Source: Eubacteriales bacterium (lineage in GTDB: Bacteria > Bacillota > Clostridia > Oscillospirales > CAG-272). Taken from it: a stretch of DNA of 39,250 nt. The notes below the pieces were generated by a model, which saw nothing but the letters and a program-made list of their open reading frames with translations, had not been told where the DNA came from and did not search any database. Numbering within the stretch: the stretch's first letter is position 1; every line of letters begins with the position of its first letter. This document shows, one piece after another, positions 19,701 to 27,749 of this stretch. The stretch is from positions 1 to 39,250 of the forward strand of contig JAZLCY010000005.1 of assembly GCA_045614485.1 (NCBI GenBank), written 5' to 3'. The position numbers and the translations under genes were made by a program.

Positions 19701-20475
19701 TTCTGCCTATCGATTCTCTTGCCGCAAGGTAATCGCGGTAAGCCGCCTCAATTACCTCGTCCTCAAAGCTTACCTTATCAATAGTGGTAAGGAAGGTGGT
19801 GTGACGGCAGTGGTCAGACCAATAGGTATCGATCATCTTGATCTCGGTAATGGTGGGACATCTGCCCTCGGATACAAAGTACTTTTGACAGAACTTTATA
19901 TCGTCAATATCCATTGCAAGACCGTTTTCCTTGATGAAAGCAGAAAGGCCTGCCTCATCAAGATCCAAAAATCCCTCAAGAGTTTTAACAGAGGTGGGGA
20001 TCTCATACTCGATCTCAAGAGTTGCCTTAGGATCGAGGGAAGCTTCCCTCGCCTCCACGGGATTTATAACGTGCTTTTTGATTCTCGCGATCTCATCAGC
20101 CGTCATATCGCCGTAAAGAACGTACACTCTTGCGCTTGCAACACGGGGTTTCTCACCCTTGCTGATAAGCTGAATGCACTGCGCCGCAGAATCTGCGCGC
20201 TGATCGAACTGGCCTGGAAGATATTCGGTGGCAAATACCACAGCACCTGCCTCGGCGGGAAGCTCGGTATAAGTTATATCAAGCTGAGGCTCGGAGAACA
20301 CCGCACCAACAGCATAGGCAAAAAGCTCCTCTGTGATGTTTTCGGCATCATAGCGGTTAAGCATTCTTACCTTATCAACACTTTTTATGCCGAGAAAGGT
20401 TGAGATCTCGTTTTTAAGAGCGCGAGCCTCGTTATCAAGCCCCTCTCTTTTTTCTACGTAAACGCGATAAACCAT
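16786..20475 (-). CDS. purL: phosphoribosylformylglycinamidine synthase, single-chain large form (PurS-like + PurL + PurQ domains)
   Basis: 1229 aa. PurS-like N-terminus, FGAM-synthase ATP-grasp/AIRS-type repeats, and a C-terminal class-I amidotransferase with CNGFQAL and the HSER motif (MGHSERIG). Confidence 0.92.
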   Translation of the reverse strand: MVYRVYVEKREGLDNEARALKNEISTFLGIKSVDKVRMLNRYDAENITEELFAYAVGAVFSEPQLDITYTELPAEAGAVVFATEYLPGQFDQRADSAAQCIQLISKGEKPRVASARVYVLYGDMTADEIARIKKHVINPVEAREASLDPKATLEIEYEIPTSVKTLEGFLDLDEAGLSAFIKENGLAMDIDDIKFCQKYFVSEGRCPTITEIKMIDTYWSDHCRHTTFLTTIDKVSFEDEVIEAAYRDYLAARESIGRKKPINLMDIGTIAAKCLRKAGKLDKLDESEEIHACTVKIEVEADGKKEPWLLLFKNETHNHPTEIEPFGGAATCIGGAIRDPLSGRSYVYGAMRLTGAADPTRPLEDTLKGKLPQRKIVTTAAAGYSSYGNQIGLATGIVDEIYHDGYAAKHMEVGAVIAAAPAENVRRERPAPGDIVVLLGGRTGRDGCGGATGSSKSHNLQSLESCGAEVQKGNAPEERKLQRLFRNPVASKMIKRCNDFGAGGVSVAIGELADGLDIDLNAVPKKYEGLDGTELAISESQERMAVVIEPEMKDAFLALAEEENLEATVVATVKEDARLTMYWNGKAICDISREFLNSNGAEKHIEIEAASVKKIEKEIPACFECGIMGVASGLNTCSKRGLSERFDSTIGRGTVLMPFGGKHQRTPIQAMVHKISMEKAHTDDVSYMSWGYNPDLSSASPYHGAYCAVVESVSKLIATGADFNDVYLTFQEYFEKPMKDPKRWGKPLSALLGAFKAQMDLGIAAIGGKDSMSGTFENIDVPPTLISFAVTTGKEGEVVTNEFKAAGNKVVLLAPEYDKNGLPKADSLIALYNNVTALMRCGKVKSAYTVTYGGIVEAVLKMSMGNGFGFDFADISLGDMFGYNYGAFVLEVDKNFDGGVTVGYVTDKAEYTYCGKKVDTGRVISAYEGKLESIYPTSAGNKDKEVKTISYIAKEHRSAAIKCQKPRVLIPVFPGTNCEYDSAKAVREGGAEAEIFVINNLTADGIKRSSEQFTKKIKTAQAIFVPGGFSGGDEPDGSGKFITAFFRGADVREAVADLLDNRDGMMCGICNGFQALIKLGLLPYGKIIDTDENCPTLTFNDISRHQSKIVRTRIASNMSPWLSECNVGDIFNVPISHGEGKFIANPEVLKELIDNGQIATQYVDLSGNATYDIEFNPNGSTLAVEGITSRDGRVFGKMGHSERIGKGLYKNVYGEYDIKMFKSLVKYYK

Positions 20476-20476
20476 A

Positions 20477-21748
20477 TCAGCCCTCCTTTATTGCCATAAG
20501 CGCACGCTTACCGATATCGTTACGGTAATACGCATTATCGAATTTTATTTCCTTGACACCGCGGTATGCAAGCTCGAGAGCACCCGAAAGTGTGTCCGCA
20601 ACAGCGCTTACACCGAGAACCCTGCCACCTGCGGTAACTATTTTACCGTCTTTTTCCTTAGCTCCCGCAACGAAAACGTTATCCGCAAGAGAATCGGGAA
20701 CAGTTATCTCAAAGCCGGATTCATAAGCCTCGGGATAACCCTTTGAAGCCATAATAACGCACGCGGCGGATTTAGATGCAAACTTCACCTCGCATGAGGA
20801 AAGCTCCTCACGGGTGGTTGCCATCATAACGGTTAAAAGATCGGATTCAAGAAGGGGGAGAACAACCTGTGTTTCGGGATCTCCGAAGCGACAGTTATAC
20901 TCGATCACCTTGGGGCCGTCCTTAGTTATCATAAGACCGAAATAGAGGCATCCCCTGAAGGTTCTGCCCTCGGCATTCATTGCGTTGACGGTGGGGAGGA
21001 ATATCTTCTGCATACACTCCTTGGCAACCGCATCGGAATAATAGGGATTGGGAGCAACCGTTCCCATACCTCCGGTGTTAAGTCCCTCGTCGTTATCAAG
21101 CGCACGCTTATGGTCCATAGAGGAAACCATGGGCTTTACGCACTTACCGTCTGTAAACGCGAGCACTGAAACCTCAGGGCCCTCAAGAAACTCCTCGATA
21201 ACAATTCTGTTACCGCTTGCACCGAACTTTTTGTCCTCCATAATGGACTTGATAGCCTCGCATGCTTCATCACGGCTCATTGCAATGATAACACCCTTAC
21301 CAAGCGCAAGTCCATCCGCCTTGATAACCGTGGGGATGGGGCAATTCTTAACGTACTCAAGGGCCGAGTCTGCCGACTCAAAGACCTCATACTGCGCGGT
21401 AGGAATGCCGTATTTTTTCATAAGATTTTTAGAGAAGACCTTGCTTCCCTCGATTATTGCGGCATTTGCGCGAGGGCCAAAGCACTCGATACCGATCTCT
21501 TCAAGCCTATCCACGCATCCGAGAACAAGGGGATCATCGGGAGCAACGACCGCATAATCAATAGCATTTTCTTTCGCAAAATTGCAAATAGCGTCGATAT
21601 CCTTTGCCCCTATAGGAACGAGGGTGGCATCCTTTGCCATACCTGCGTTGCCGGGGAGAACGAATATCTCGCTTACGTTTTTATTTTCTTTTATTTTCTT
21701 GACGATGGCATGCTCTCTGCCGCCGGCGCCAACTACCATTACTCTCAT
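20477..21748 (-). CDS. purD: phosphoribosylamine--glycine ligase
   Basis: MRVMVVGAGGREHAI... is the canonical PurD N-terminus. The 30 extra residues in the track ORF overlap the purH 3' end and are rejected. The stop lies 1 nt before the purL start. Confidence 0.92.
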   Translation of the reverse strand: MRVMVVGAGGREHAIVKKIKENKNVSEIFVLPGNAGMAKDATLVPIGAKDIDAICNFAKENAIDYAVVAPDDPLVLGCVDRLEEIGIECFGPRANAAIIEGSKVFSKNLMKKYGIPTAQYEVFESADSALEYVKNCPIPTVIKADGLALGKGVIIAMSRDEACEAIKSIMEDKKFGASGNRIVIEEFLEGPEVSVLAFTDGKCVKPMVSSMDHKRALDNDEGLNTGGMGTVAPNPYYSDAVAKECMQKIFLPTVNAMNAEGRTFRGCLYFGLMITKDGPKVIEYNCRFGDPETQVVLPLLESDLLTVMMATTREELSSCEVKFASKSAACVIMASKGYPEAYESGFEITVPDSLADNVFVAGAKEKDGKIVTAGGRVLGVSAVADTLSGALELAYRGVKEIKFDNAYYRNDIGKRALMAIKEG

Positions 21749-21761
21749 AAAGTACCTCTCA

Positions 21762-22946
21762 TCAGTGGTGGAAAAGACGCATACCGGTAAATGCCATGGC
21801 AATACCGTACTTGTTACAGGTATCGATAACGATATCATCTCTTATCGATCCGCCCGGCTCAGCGATATAGCTTACGCCCGAGCGCCTTGCCCTCTCAACA
21901 TTATCGCCGAAGGGGAAGAAGGCATCAGAGCCAACGCTTACACCGGTAATTCCGTCAAGATACTCGCGCATCTCCCTCTCGGTGAGGGGCTCAGGCTTTT
22001 CGGTGAAGTACTTCTGCCAGATACCGTCGGCACAAACGTCCTCTTCATTCTTGTTTATGTAGCCGTCAATAACGTTATCTCTATCGGGACGGGAGATGGT
22101 GGGAAGGAAAGGAAGAGAGAGCACCTTTTCGTGCTGGCGGAGATGCCAGGTATCTGCCTTTGTACCTGCAAGGCGAGTGCAGTGAATTCTTGACTGCTGA
22201 CCTGCGCCAACACCGATCGCCTGGCCCTGATATGCATAGCATACCGAGTTAGACTGAGTGTACTTAAGTGTTATAAGTGAGATTATGAGGTCGCGGACTG
22301 CATCCTCGGGAAGCTCCTTATTCTCGGTTACAAGGTTGGAAAGAAGCTCGCGGTCGATCTTGAACTCATTTCTTCCCTGCTCAAAGGTGATACCGAAAAC
22401 GTCCTTGGTCTCGATAGGCTGGGGCTTGTAATTTTCGTCTATCTTAACGATGTTGTAAGCGCCCTTTTTCTTGGTTTTGAGGATCTCAAGAGCCTCGTCA
22501 GTATATCCGGGAGCAATTATACCGTCAGATATCTCGCGCTTGATGATAAGAGCGGTTGTTTTATCGCAAACGTCTGAAAGCGCGATCCAATCTCCAAATG
22601 ATGACATACGGTCGGTACCTCTCGCTCTGGCATATGCACACGCGAGGGGGGACTCGTCAAGCCCTTCGATATCGTCCACGAAGCAGGCGCGCTTAAGGTT
22701 ATCCGAAAGCTTGATGCCAACCGCCGCGGAGGTGGGGCTTACGTGCTTGAAGGAGGTTGCAGCGGGAAGGCCTGTTGCCTCCTTTATCTCCTTAACAAGC
22801 TGCCATGAGTTGAATGCATCAAGGAAGTTTATGTATCCGGGCCTGCCAGAGAGGATCTCTATGGGAAGCTCGGAACCGTCCTTCATATATATTTTAGAGG
22901 GCTTCTGATTGGGGTTACATCCGTATTTAAGCTCAAATTCCTGCAT
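21762..22946 (-). CDS. purH: AICAR formyltransferase (stand-alone PurH C-terminal-type domain, no MGS-like cyclohydrolase domain)
   Basis: 394 aa. LKYGCNPNQ / FKHVSP / GVGAGQQSRI motifs of the AICARFT domain. The N-terminal IMP cyclohydrolase domain of bifunctional PurH is absent. Confidence 0.85.
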   Translation of the reverse strand: MQEFELKYGCNPNQKPSKIYMKDGSELPIEILSGRPGYINFLDAFNSWQLVKEIKEATGLPAATSFKHVSPTSAAVGIKLSDNLKRACFVDDIEGLDESPLACAYARARGTDRMSSFGDWIALSDVCDKTTALIIKREISDGIIAPGYTDEALEILKTKKKGAYNIVKIDENYKPQPIETKDVFGITFEQGRNEFKIDRELLSNLVTENKELPEDAVRDLIISLITLKYTQSNSVCYAYQGQAIGVGAGQQSRIHCTRLAGTKADTWHLRQHEKVLSLPFLPTISRPDRDNVIDGYINKNEEDVCADGIWQKYFTEKPEPLTEREMREYLDGITGVSVGSDAFFPFGDNVERARRSGVSYIAEPGGSIRDDIVIDTCNKYGIAMAFTGMRLFHH

Positions 22947-22956
22947 AATACACCTC

Positions 22957-23676
22957 TTATTTATTTTTGTTGATCATTCTTGACTCTTCGGCGCCATTTT
23001 CAAGGTTTATATAGCGCACGTAGAGTGAGATCTTGTTATCGGGATTAAGATTTTCCCAAATGGAATCGGTAAATTCATCAATAGAATCGGGGATCTTTAC
23101 TCTCTCGGGCTCACCCTGGAAGGTGGGAATAGGATTTCCGTCGCACACGTAGGTATGAATGAAATGGCCAAGGCCCGAAATCGCGGGGTACTCGAAGAAA
23201 TATCTTGCACAGGCAGATCCCCCTGCATCCGCGCTCTTAAGAATGCTCATATCATAGGTAAAACCACCCTCGCCAAAGTTAAGCACTGCCGAAATTCTGG
23301 GGGTGAGATTGGGGTGATCGGGCTCAAACTCACGGGTTCTGAGAGCCGCTCTCATATCCTCGCCGCGAAGCATAAAATCTCTTATTGTATCGGTTTGATC
23401 GCCGTTGGTTACGATAGTTGCTTTATCAAGCTTACGCACTGCGGAGTAGATGATGAGCGAAGGATCTGAAACCTTGGTGTAATCATGGGGCTCGGTGAAA
23501 AGATCTCCGCCCTTTTCTACAAAAACTCGGTTTCTTGAATTCTCGCTTCTACCCATTATAAAGTAAGCAAATGCGGCGCACTTGCCATCCTCGGTCTTGC
23601 CGACAACAATGCCTCTGCCGGGATAGGTGTTTGCCTTAAGAAGCTCGGGAAGGTTGTTTATACCGTATATTGACAT
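22957..23676 (-). CDS. IMP cyclohydrolase, archaeal PurO-like family
   Basis: 239 aa. YPGRGIVVGKTEDGK...YFIMGRSENSRNR resembles the PurO-type IMP cyclohydrolase family. It sits exactly where the missing PurH cyclohydrolase activity is needed. Confidence 0.7.
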   Translation of the reverse strand: MSIYGINNLPELLKANTYPGRGIVVGKTEDGKCAAFAYFIMGRSENSRNRVFVEKGGDLFTEPHDYTKVSDPSLIIYSAVRKLDKATIVTNGDQTDTIRDFMLRGEDMRAALRTREFEPDHPNLTPRISAVLNFGEGGFTYDMSILKSADAGGSACARYFFEYPAISGLGHFIHTYVCDGNPIPTFQGEPERVKIPDSIDEFTDSIWENLNPDNKISLYVRYINLENGAEESRMINKNK

Positions 23677-23699
23677 TTTATTTCTCCTGTTAGACTGTT

Positions 23700-24317
23700 T
23701 TATTTAGAGCAAAGGATCTCAAAGGATATTTTCTCGGTTGCGGCAGGGAGAATTATCCACTCAGCCTCCTCCATTACCCTTTTCTGAAGCACCTCGGGGG
23801 TATCGGTTTCATAGACCTCAACCGCCTTTTGCATTATGATCTTTCCACCGTCTGCAACCTCGTTCACAAAATGCACGGTTGCACCGCTTACCTTAACGCC
23901 GTACTCAAGCGCGGCACGGTGGGGACGCAAGCCGTAAAATCCCTCGCCGCAAAAGGACGGGATAAGAGATGGATGAACGTTGATTATTCTATCCTTAAAA
24001 TGATCGGTGAAACTGCCGGAAAGAATGGACATAAATCCTGCAAGAACGATAAGCTCTATTCCCTCGGCATCAAGAATTGAGATCATCTTATCTTCAAATT
24101 CCTTTGCCGTGGCATAATCCTTTTTACAAACCACCTCGGTCTTTATACCGGCCTCGGCAGCGCGCGTGAGCGCATAGGCATCCGCCTTGTTTGAAATCAC
24201 GAGGGAGATAGTGCCGCTCTTTATGATTCCGCCCTTTTCGGCATTTATAAGAGCCTGCAGATTTGTTCCGCCGCCCGAAACGAGCACGGCGATCTTGACC
24301 TTGTTGTTTATCAGCAT
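23700..24317 (-). CDS. purN: phosphoribosylglycinamide formyltransferase
   Basis: 205 aa. AVLVSGGGTNLQALI and NVHPSLIP motifs. Confidence 0.9.
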   Translation of the reverse strand: MLINNKVKIAVLVSGGGTNLQALINAEKGGIIKSGTISLVISNKADAYALTRAAEAGIKTEVVCKKDYATAKEFEDKMISILDAEGIELIVLAGFMSILSGSFTDHFKDRIINVHPSLIPSFCGEGFYGLRPHRAALEYGVKVSGATVHFVNEVADGGKIIMQKAVEVYETDTPEVLQKRVMEEAEWIILPAATEKISFEILCSK

Positions 24318-25354
24318 AAAATTACGCCCTCGTCGCTCTTGATAACCTCACCGATAAGGTAAGCATCCTCGCCGCCTGCCTTGAGTATTTCAACAGCAGC
24401 CGCGGCATCCTCCTTGGCAACAACAATGCACATACCTACACCCATATTGAAGGTGTTGAACATATCGCGCTCGGGGATATTACCGGTTTTCGCAATAAGC
24501 TCGAAGATGGGAAGCACCTTAACTGCGCTTTTTTCTATCTTTGCGGTGTATCCCTTAGGAAGTGCTCTCGGGATATTCTCGTAGAAGCCGCCGCCTGTGA
24601 TATGGCTGATACCCTTTACCGCCACCTTATCAAGAAGTGAGAGAACACTCTTAACGTAGATCTTGGTTGGAGTGAGAAGGGTTTCGGCGATGCTCTTGCC
24701 GCCAAGAGAATCGCAGGGAGCGTAAAGAGATGCGGGATTATTGTCTATATCAAATACTTTTCTTACAAGAGAAAAGCCGTATGAATGGATACCGCTTGAT
24801 GCAAGGGCGATAATAACGTCGCCTTCCTCTGTCTTCTTGTTATCAAGGATCTTCTTTTTATCAACGATACCAACCGCAAAGCCTGCAAGATCATAGTCAT
24901 CAACAGGCATAAGACCGGGGTGCTCGGCAGTTTCGCCGCCGATAAGAGCCGCGCCGGACTGAACGCATCCCTCGGCAACACCGCCAACGATAGCTGCGAT
25001 CTTCTCGGGAATATTCTTGCCGCAGGCAATATAATCAAGGAAGAAGAGGGGCTTTGCGCCGCAACAGATGATGTCGTTCACACACATTGCAACTGCATCT
25101 ATACCGATAGTATCATGCTTATCCATAAGGATAGCCATCTTAACCTTTGTGCCGCAACCGTCGGTTCCGGATACGAGAACAGGCTCTTCCATTCCCATAG
25201 GAAGACCGAAGCATCCACCAAATCCGCCTACGTCATCAAGGCATCCTTCGTTTTTAGTTCTGGCAATATGAGCCTTCATAAGCTCAACCGCCTTATAACC
25301 GGCTGTTATATCAACACCTGCCGCAGCATAGCTTTCGCTTCTTGAGTTTTTCAC
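24311..25354 (-). CDS. purM: phosphoribosylformylglycinamidine cyclo-ligase (AIR synthetase)
   Basis: 347 aa. YAAAGVDI N-terminus, DGCGTK and ITGGG motifs. Overlaps purN by 7 nt. Confidence 0.92.
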   Translation of the reverse strand: MKNSRSESYAAAGVDITAGYKAVELMKAHIARTKNEGCLDDVGGFGGCFGLPMGMEEPVLVSGTDGCGTKVKMAILMDKHDTIGIDAVAMCVNDIICCGAKPLFFLDYIACGKNIPEKIAAIVGGVAEGCVQSGAALIGGETAEHPGLMPVDDYDLAGFAVGIVDKKKILDNKKTEEGDVIIALASSGIHSYGFSLVRKVFDIDNNPASLYAPCDSLGGKSIAETLLTPTKIYVKSVLSLLDKVAVKGISHITGGGFYENIPRALPKGYTAKIEKSAVKVLPIFELIAKTGNIPERDMFNTFNMGVGMCIVVAKEDAAAAVEILKAGGEDAYLIGEVIKSDEGVILC

Positions 25355-25377
25355 TTTTTTATCCTCTTTCTCGTTTA

Positions 25378-26790
25378 TTATTCGTGTTTTTCGGAGATTT
25401 TGTAGTCGTATCTATCCTTCGGGCACTTAGGTGTTTCGGTAGGATAGTTACCGTCAAAGCAAGCGGTGCAATAGCCCGTGCAGCTGCCGGTGGCACCAAG
25501 CTTGGTTACAGCCTCAAGAGGAAGATAACCAAGGCTATCAGCGCCGACAATGTCGCGTATTTCCTCCACGGTATGATTGTTCGCAATAAGAGCTTCCTTC
25601 GAATCTATATCCGTGCCGTAGTAACAGGGATTAAGGAATGGGGGCGCAGATGAACGGAGGTGAACCTCGGTGGCACCTGCGGAGCGAAGAAGCCTTACAA
25701 GTCTTGCACAGGTCGTGCCGCGAACGATAGAGTCATCAACAAGAACGACTCTTTTTCCCTTGACTGTGCTTGAAACGGGATTGAGCTTTATTCTTACAAG
25801 ATCCTCTCTCGCGCTCTGACCGGGCGAGATAAAGGTTCTGCCTATGTACTTATTCTTAATGAGTCCTATTTCATAGGGAATGCCTGATTCCTCAGCATAT
25901 CCGCGAGCCGCATCAAGACCGGAATCGGGCACGCCGACAACAACGTCTGCCTCAACGGGATGTGCTTTTGCAAGATACGCACCCGCGCGCTTTCTTGCAA
26001 GGTGGACCGAGCAATCGGCTATAACCGAGTCGGGACGGGCTGTGTAAACGTATTCAAATACGCAAAGAGCCTCTTTAGCCTTATTGCAACGCTCCGATAT
26101 CGATCTTACCTCACCGTTTGAAGAGAAAACAACTATCTCGCCGGGCCTGATCTCGCGCACAAAGGTGGCGCCGACAGAGTCAAGCGCACAGCTCTCGCTG
26201 GCGATAACGTACTCTCCGTTTTCCTTCCTGCCGTAGCAAAGAGGCCTGATACCGTTTTTATCCCTTGCCGCAATGATCTTTTGCGGAGACATAAGAAGGA
26301 GGCAGTATCCACCCAAGAGCTTGTCCATAGCCTTGTATACCGCCTCCTCAATTGAAGCGGAAGTGATTCTCTCCTTCGTGATAACGTATGATATGATCTC
26401 AGCATCCGAGGTTGTGTGGAATATCATGCCCTGAAGCTCAAGCTCATGCTTAAGCTCAACAGCATTTACGATCGCGCCGTCTGTTGCGATAGCAAGGCGG
26501 CCCTTTATGTGATTGACAACTATCGGCTCGGCATTTGCCTTATCCTTTGTTAAAAGAGTGCCGTAGCGAACGTGGCCGATCGCCATATTACCCTTACCGA
26601 GAGAGTCCAAGGTCTTTCTGTCAAAAACGTCGTTTACAAGGCCGGATCCCTTATACAAAGAGAACAGACCGTCATCATTAACGACGATACCGGCGCTTTC
26701 CTGACCCCTGTGCTGAAGTGCGTACAATCCATAGTAAACACTCTGAGCAACCGAGGCGCGCTTTTCTCCGATTATTCCGAATACACCCAT
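25378..26790 (-). CDS. purF: amidophosphoribosyltransferase, [4Fe-4S] B. subtilis-type, but without the N-terminal Cys nucleophile
   Basis: 470 aa. LQHRGQESAGIV, the PRTase loop VLVDDSIVRGTT, and Cys ligands (CVFEYVY ... CTGYCTACFDGNYP). The N-terminus reads MGVFGI where characterised enzymes read CGVFGI; see findings. Confidence 0.85.
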   Translation of the reverse strand: MGVFGIIGEKRASVAQSVYYGLYALQHRGQESAGIVVNDDGLFSLYKGSGLVNDVFDRKTLDSLGKGNMAIGHVRYGTLLTKDKANAEPIVVNHIKGRLAIATDGAIVNAVELKHELELQGMIFHTTSDAEIISYVITKERITSASIEEAVYKAMDKLLGGYCLLLMSPQKIIAARDKNGIRPLCYGRKENGEYVIASESCALDSVGATFVREIRPGEIVVFSSNGEVRSISERCNKAKEALCVFEYVYTARPDSVIADCSVHLARKRAGAYLAKAHPVEADVVVGVPDSGLDAARGYAEESGIPYEIGLIKNKYIGRTFISPGQSAREDLVRIKLNPVSSTVKGKRVVLVDDSIVRGTTCARLVRLLRSAGATEVHLRSSAPPFLNPCYYGTDIDSKEALIANNHTVEEIRDIVGADSLGYLPLEAVTKLGATGSCTGYCTACFDGNYPTETPKCPKDRYDYKISEKHE

Positions 26791-26823
26791 TCAAATCACC
26801 TCCGAAATATATTCAATTTTATT

Positions 26824-27318
26824 TTAAACATTATATTTAGCTTCTACGGCGCGGTTCTTTTCGAGAACCTGCTCCTTAGCAGCTCGGCGCTTTGCCTTGA
26901 TCTTTGCGGAAAGCTCGCTATCTGTGATAGCAAGGATCTGAGCCGCAAGGTGTGCCGCATTTGCCGCGCCGTCAATAGCAACGGTGGCAACGGGAATGCC
27001 GGAAGGCATCTGAACGGTGGACCAAAGCGCATCGACACCGCCCGTGTTCTTACAGGAGATCGGAATGCCGATAACGGGAAGAGTTGTGTTTGCCGCAATA
27101 GCGCCTGCAAGATGAGCAGCCATACCTGCCGCCGCGATGATAACACCGATACCGCGCTCCTCTGCACTGCCGATAAGCTCGGCAACCTCGCCGGGAGTTC
27201 TGTGCGCGGAGTAAACGTGCACCTCGTGGGGAATGCCGTACTCAACAAGAACGTTTATACCCTTTTCAACTATAGGAAGGTCGCTGTCCGACCCCATAAT
27301 TACCGCTACCTTTTTCAT
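26824..27318 (-). CDS. purE: 5-(carboxyamino)imidazole ribonucleotide mutase (class I PurE)
   Basis: [15 protein letters not shown]..., YSAHRTP, and AGMAAHLAG (class-I type). Preferred ATG at 27318, 6 nt after GGAGGTG; the track's GTG start lies inside the SD. Confidence 0.9.
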   Translation of the reverse strand: MKKVAVIMGSDSDLPIVEKGINVLVEYGIPHEVHVYSAHRTPGEVAELIGSAEERGIGVIIAAAGMAAHLAGAIAANTTLPVIGIPISCKNTGGVDALWSTVQMPSGIPVATVAIDGAANAAHLAAQILAITDSELSAKIKAKRRAAKEQVLEKNRAVEAKYNV

Positions 27319-27339
27319 AAATAGCACCTCCGAAGATTC

Positions 27340-27458
27340 AAAAAATAAAAAATGGGCAGTTTTACCCCATACGGTAAAGCTTGCCCAGACGGTCGACTGA
27401 ATATTGATTTTTGCTCCCTTGCGGTAAGCCGCTTGTCCGTCAGTTGCAAAAACCCACT
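27340..27458 (-). promoter_or_regulatory. ZTP (pfl-motif) riboswitch with terminator expression platform, 5' of purE
   Basis: Minus-strand RNA: GGG-TTTTTGC-AACTGACGGACA-AGCGG-CTTA-CCGC-AAGGGA-GCAAAAA, a 13-nt linker, then GACCGTCTGGGCA. P1 is 7 bp (TTTTTGC/GCAAAAA) and P2 is GCGG/CCGC. GACGG is complementary to the 3' CCGTC, and the 3' element CCGTCTGGGCA is close to the conserved CCGCCUGGGCA that I recall for the pfl motif. The GGGCA is also the 5' arm of a terminator (GGGCAAGCTTTACC...GGGTAAAACTGCCC + TTTTTT, fwd 27340-27387). Confidence 0.7.
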
Positions 27459-27468
27459 CGTTAACTCT

Positions 27469-27497
27469 ATTTTAACATAATAAATATATAAAGTCAA
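27469..27497 (-). promoter_or_regulatory. sigma-A promoter of the pur operon
   Basis: Minus strand: TTGACT (27497-27492), a 17-nt spacer, then TAAAAT (27474-27469). Confidence 0.6.
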
Positions 27498-27676
27498 TAT
27501 TATTTATGGCGCGTGTGTTAGATTTTTCTTGAGTTGTTTTGCATTTTTTTGTATTCTTTCAACAAAAAAGTTGCGCTCCTGCCAATTTTTGCATATTTCA
27601 CATTATACAAAAGAAAAAGTTAGAAACGGGGTATCCTGTGGCAAAAGGACGAAAAAATATTTTTTTTGATTTGCTA

Positions 27677-27705
27677 TGTACAAATCGATTTTTTTGTGTT
27701 AAAAT
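27677..27705 (+). promoter_or_regulatory. candidate promoter of purC
   Basis: Extended -10 TGtTAAAAT (27697-27705) with a weak -35 TGTACA (27677-27682) 17 nt upstream. Confidence 0.4.
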
Positions 27706-27749
27706 GTATTCGTCAAAATTTTTGCAATCAACTGCAAGGAGAAAAAGAA

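Noticed and set aside
21749-21838. 30-codon N-terminal extension of purD. Analogous track extensions occur for def, PAP2, AEC, esterase, purE and purC.
   Set aside because: The extensions overlap the upstream gene or the SD itself. In each case an internal ATG preceded by a good SD gives the canonical family N-terminus.
27328-27468. Guanine/adenine (purine) riboswitch upstream of purE
   Set aside because: This was expected for a Firmicute pur operon, but the conserved purine-aptamer three-way junction sequence (…TATA…GGATATGG…CTACCGGG…CCGTAAAT…) is not present. The fold fits the ZTP/pfl motif instead.
27701-27720. Possible PurR-type PurBox (reverse strand AATTTTGACGAATACATTTT) overlapping the purC promoter
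   Set aside because: There is only a partial ACGAA-type core, no second inverted or direct box at the expected spacing, and my recollection of the consensus is approximate. It is not reported as a feature.
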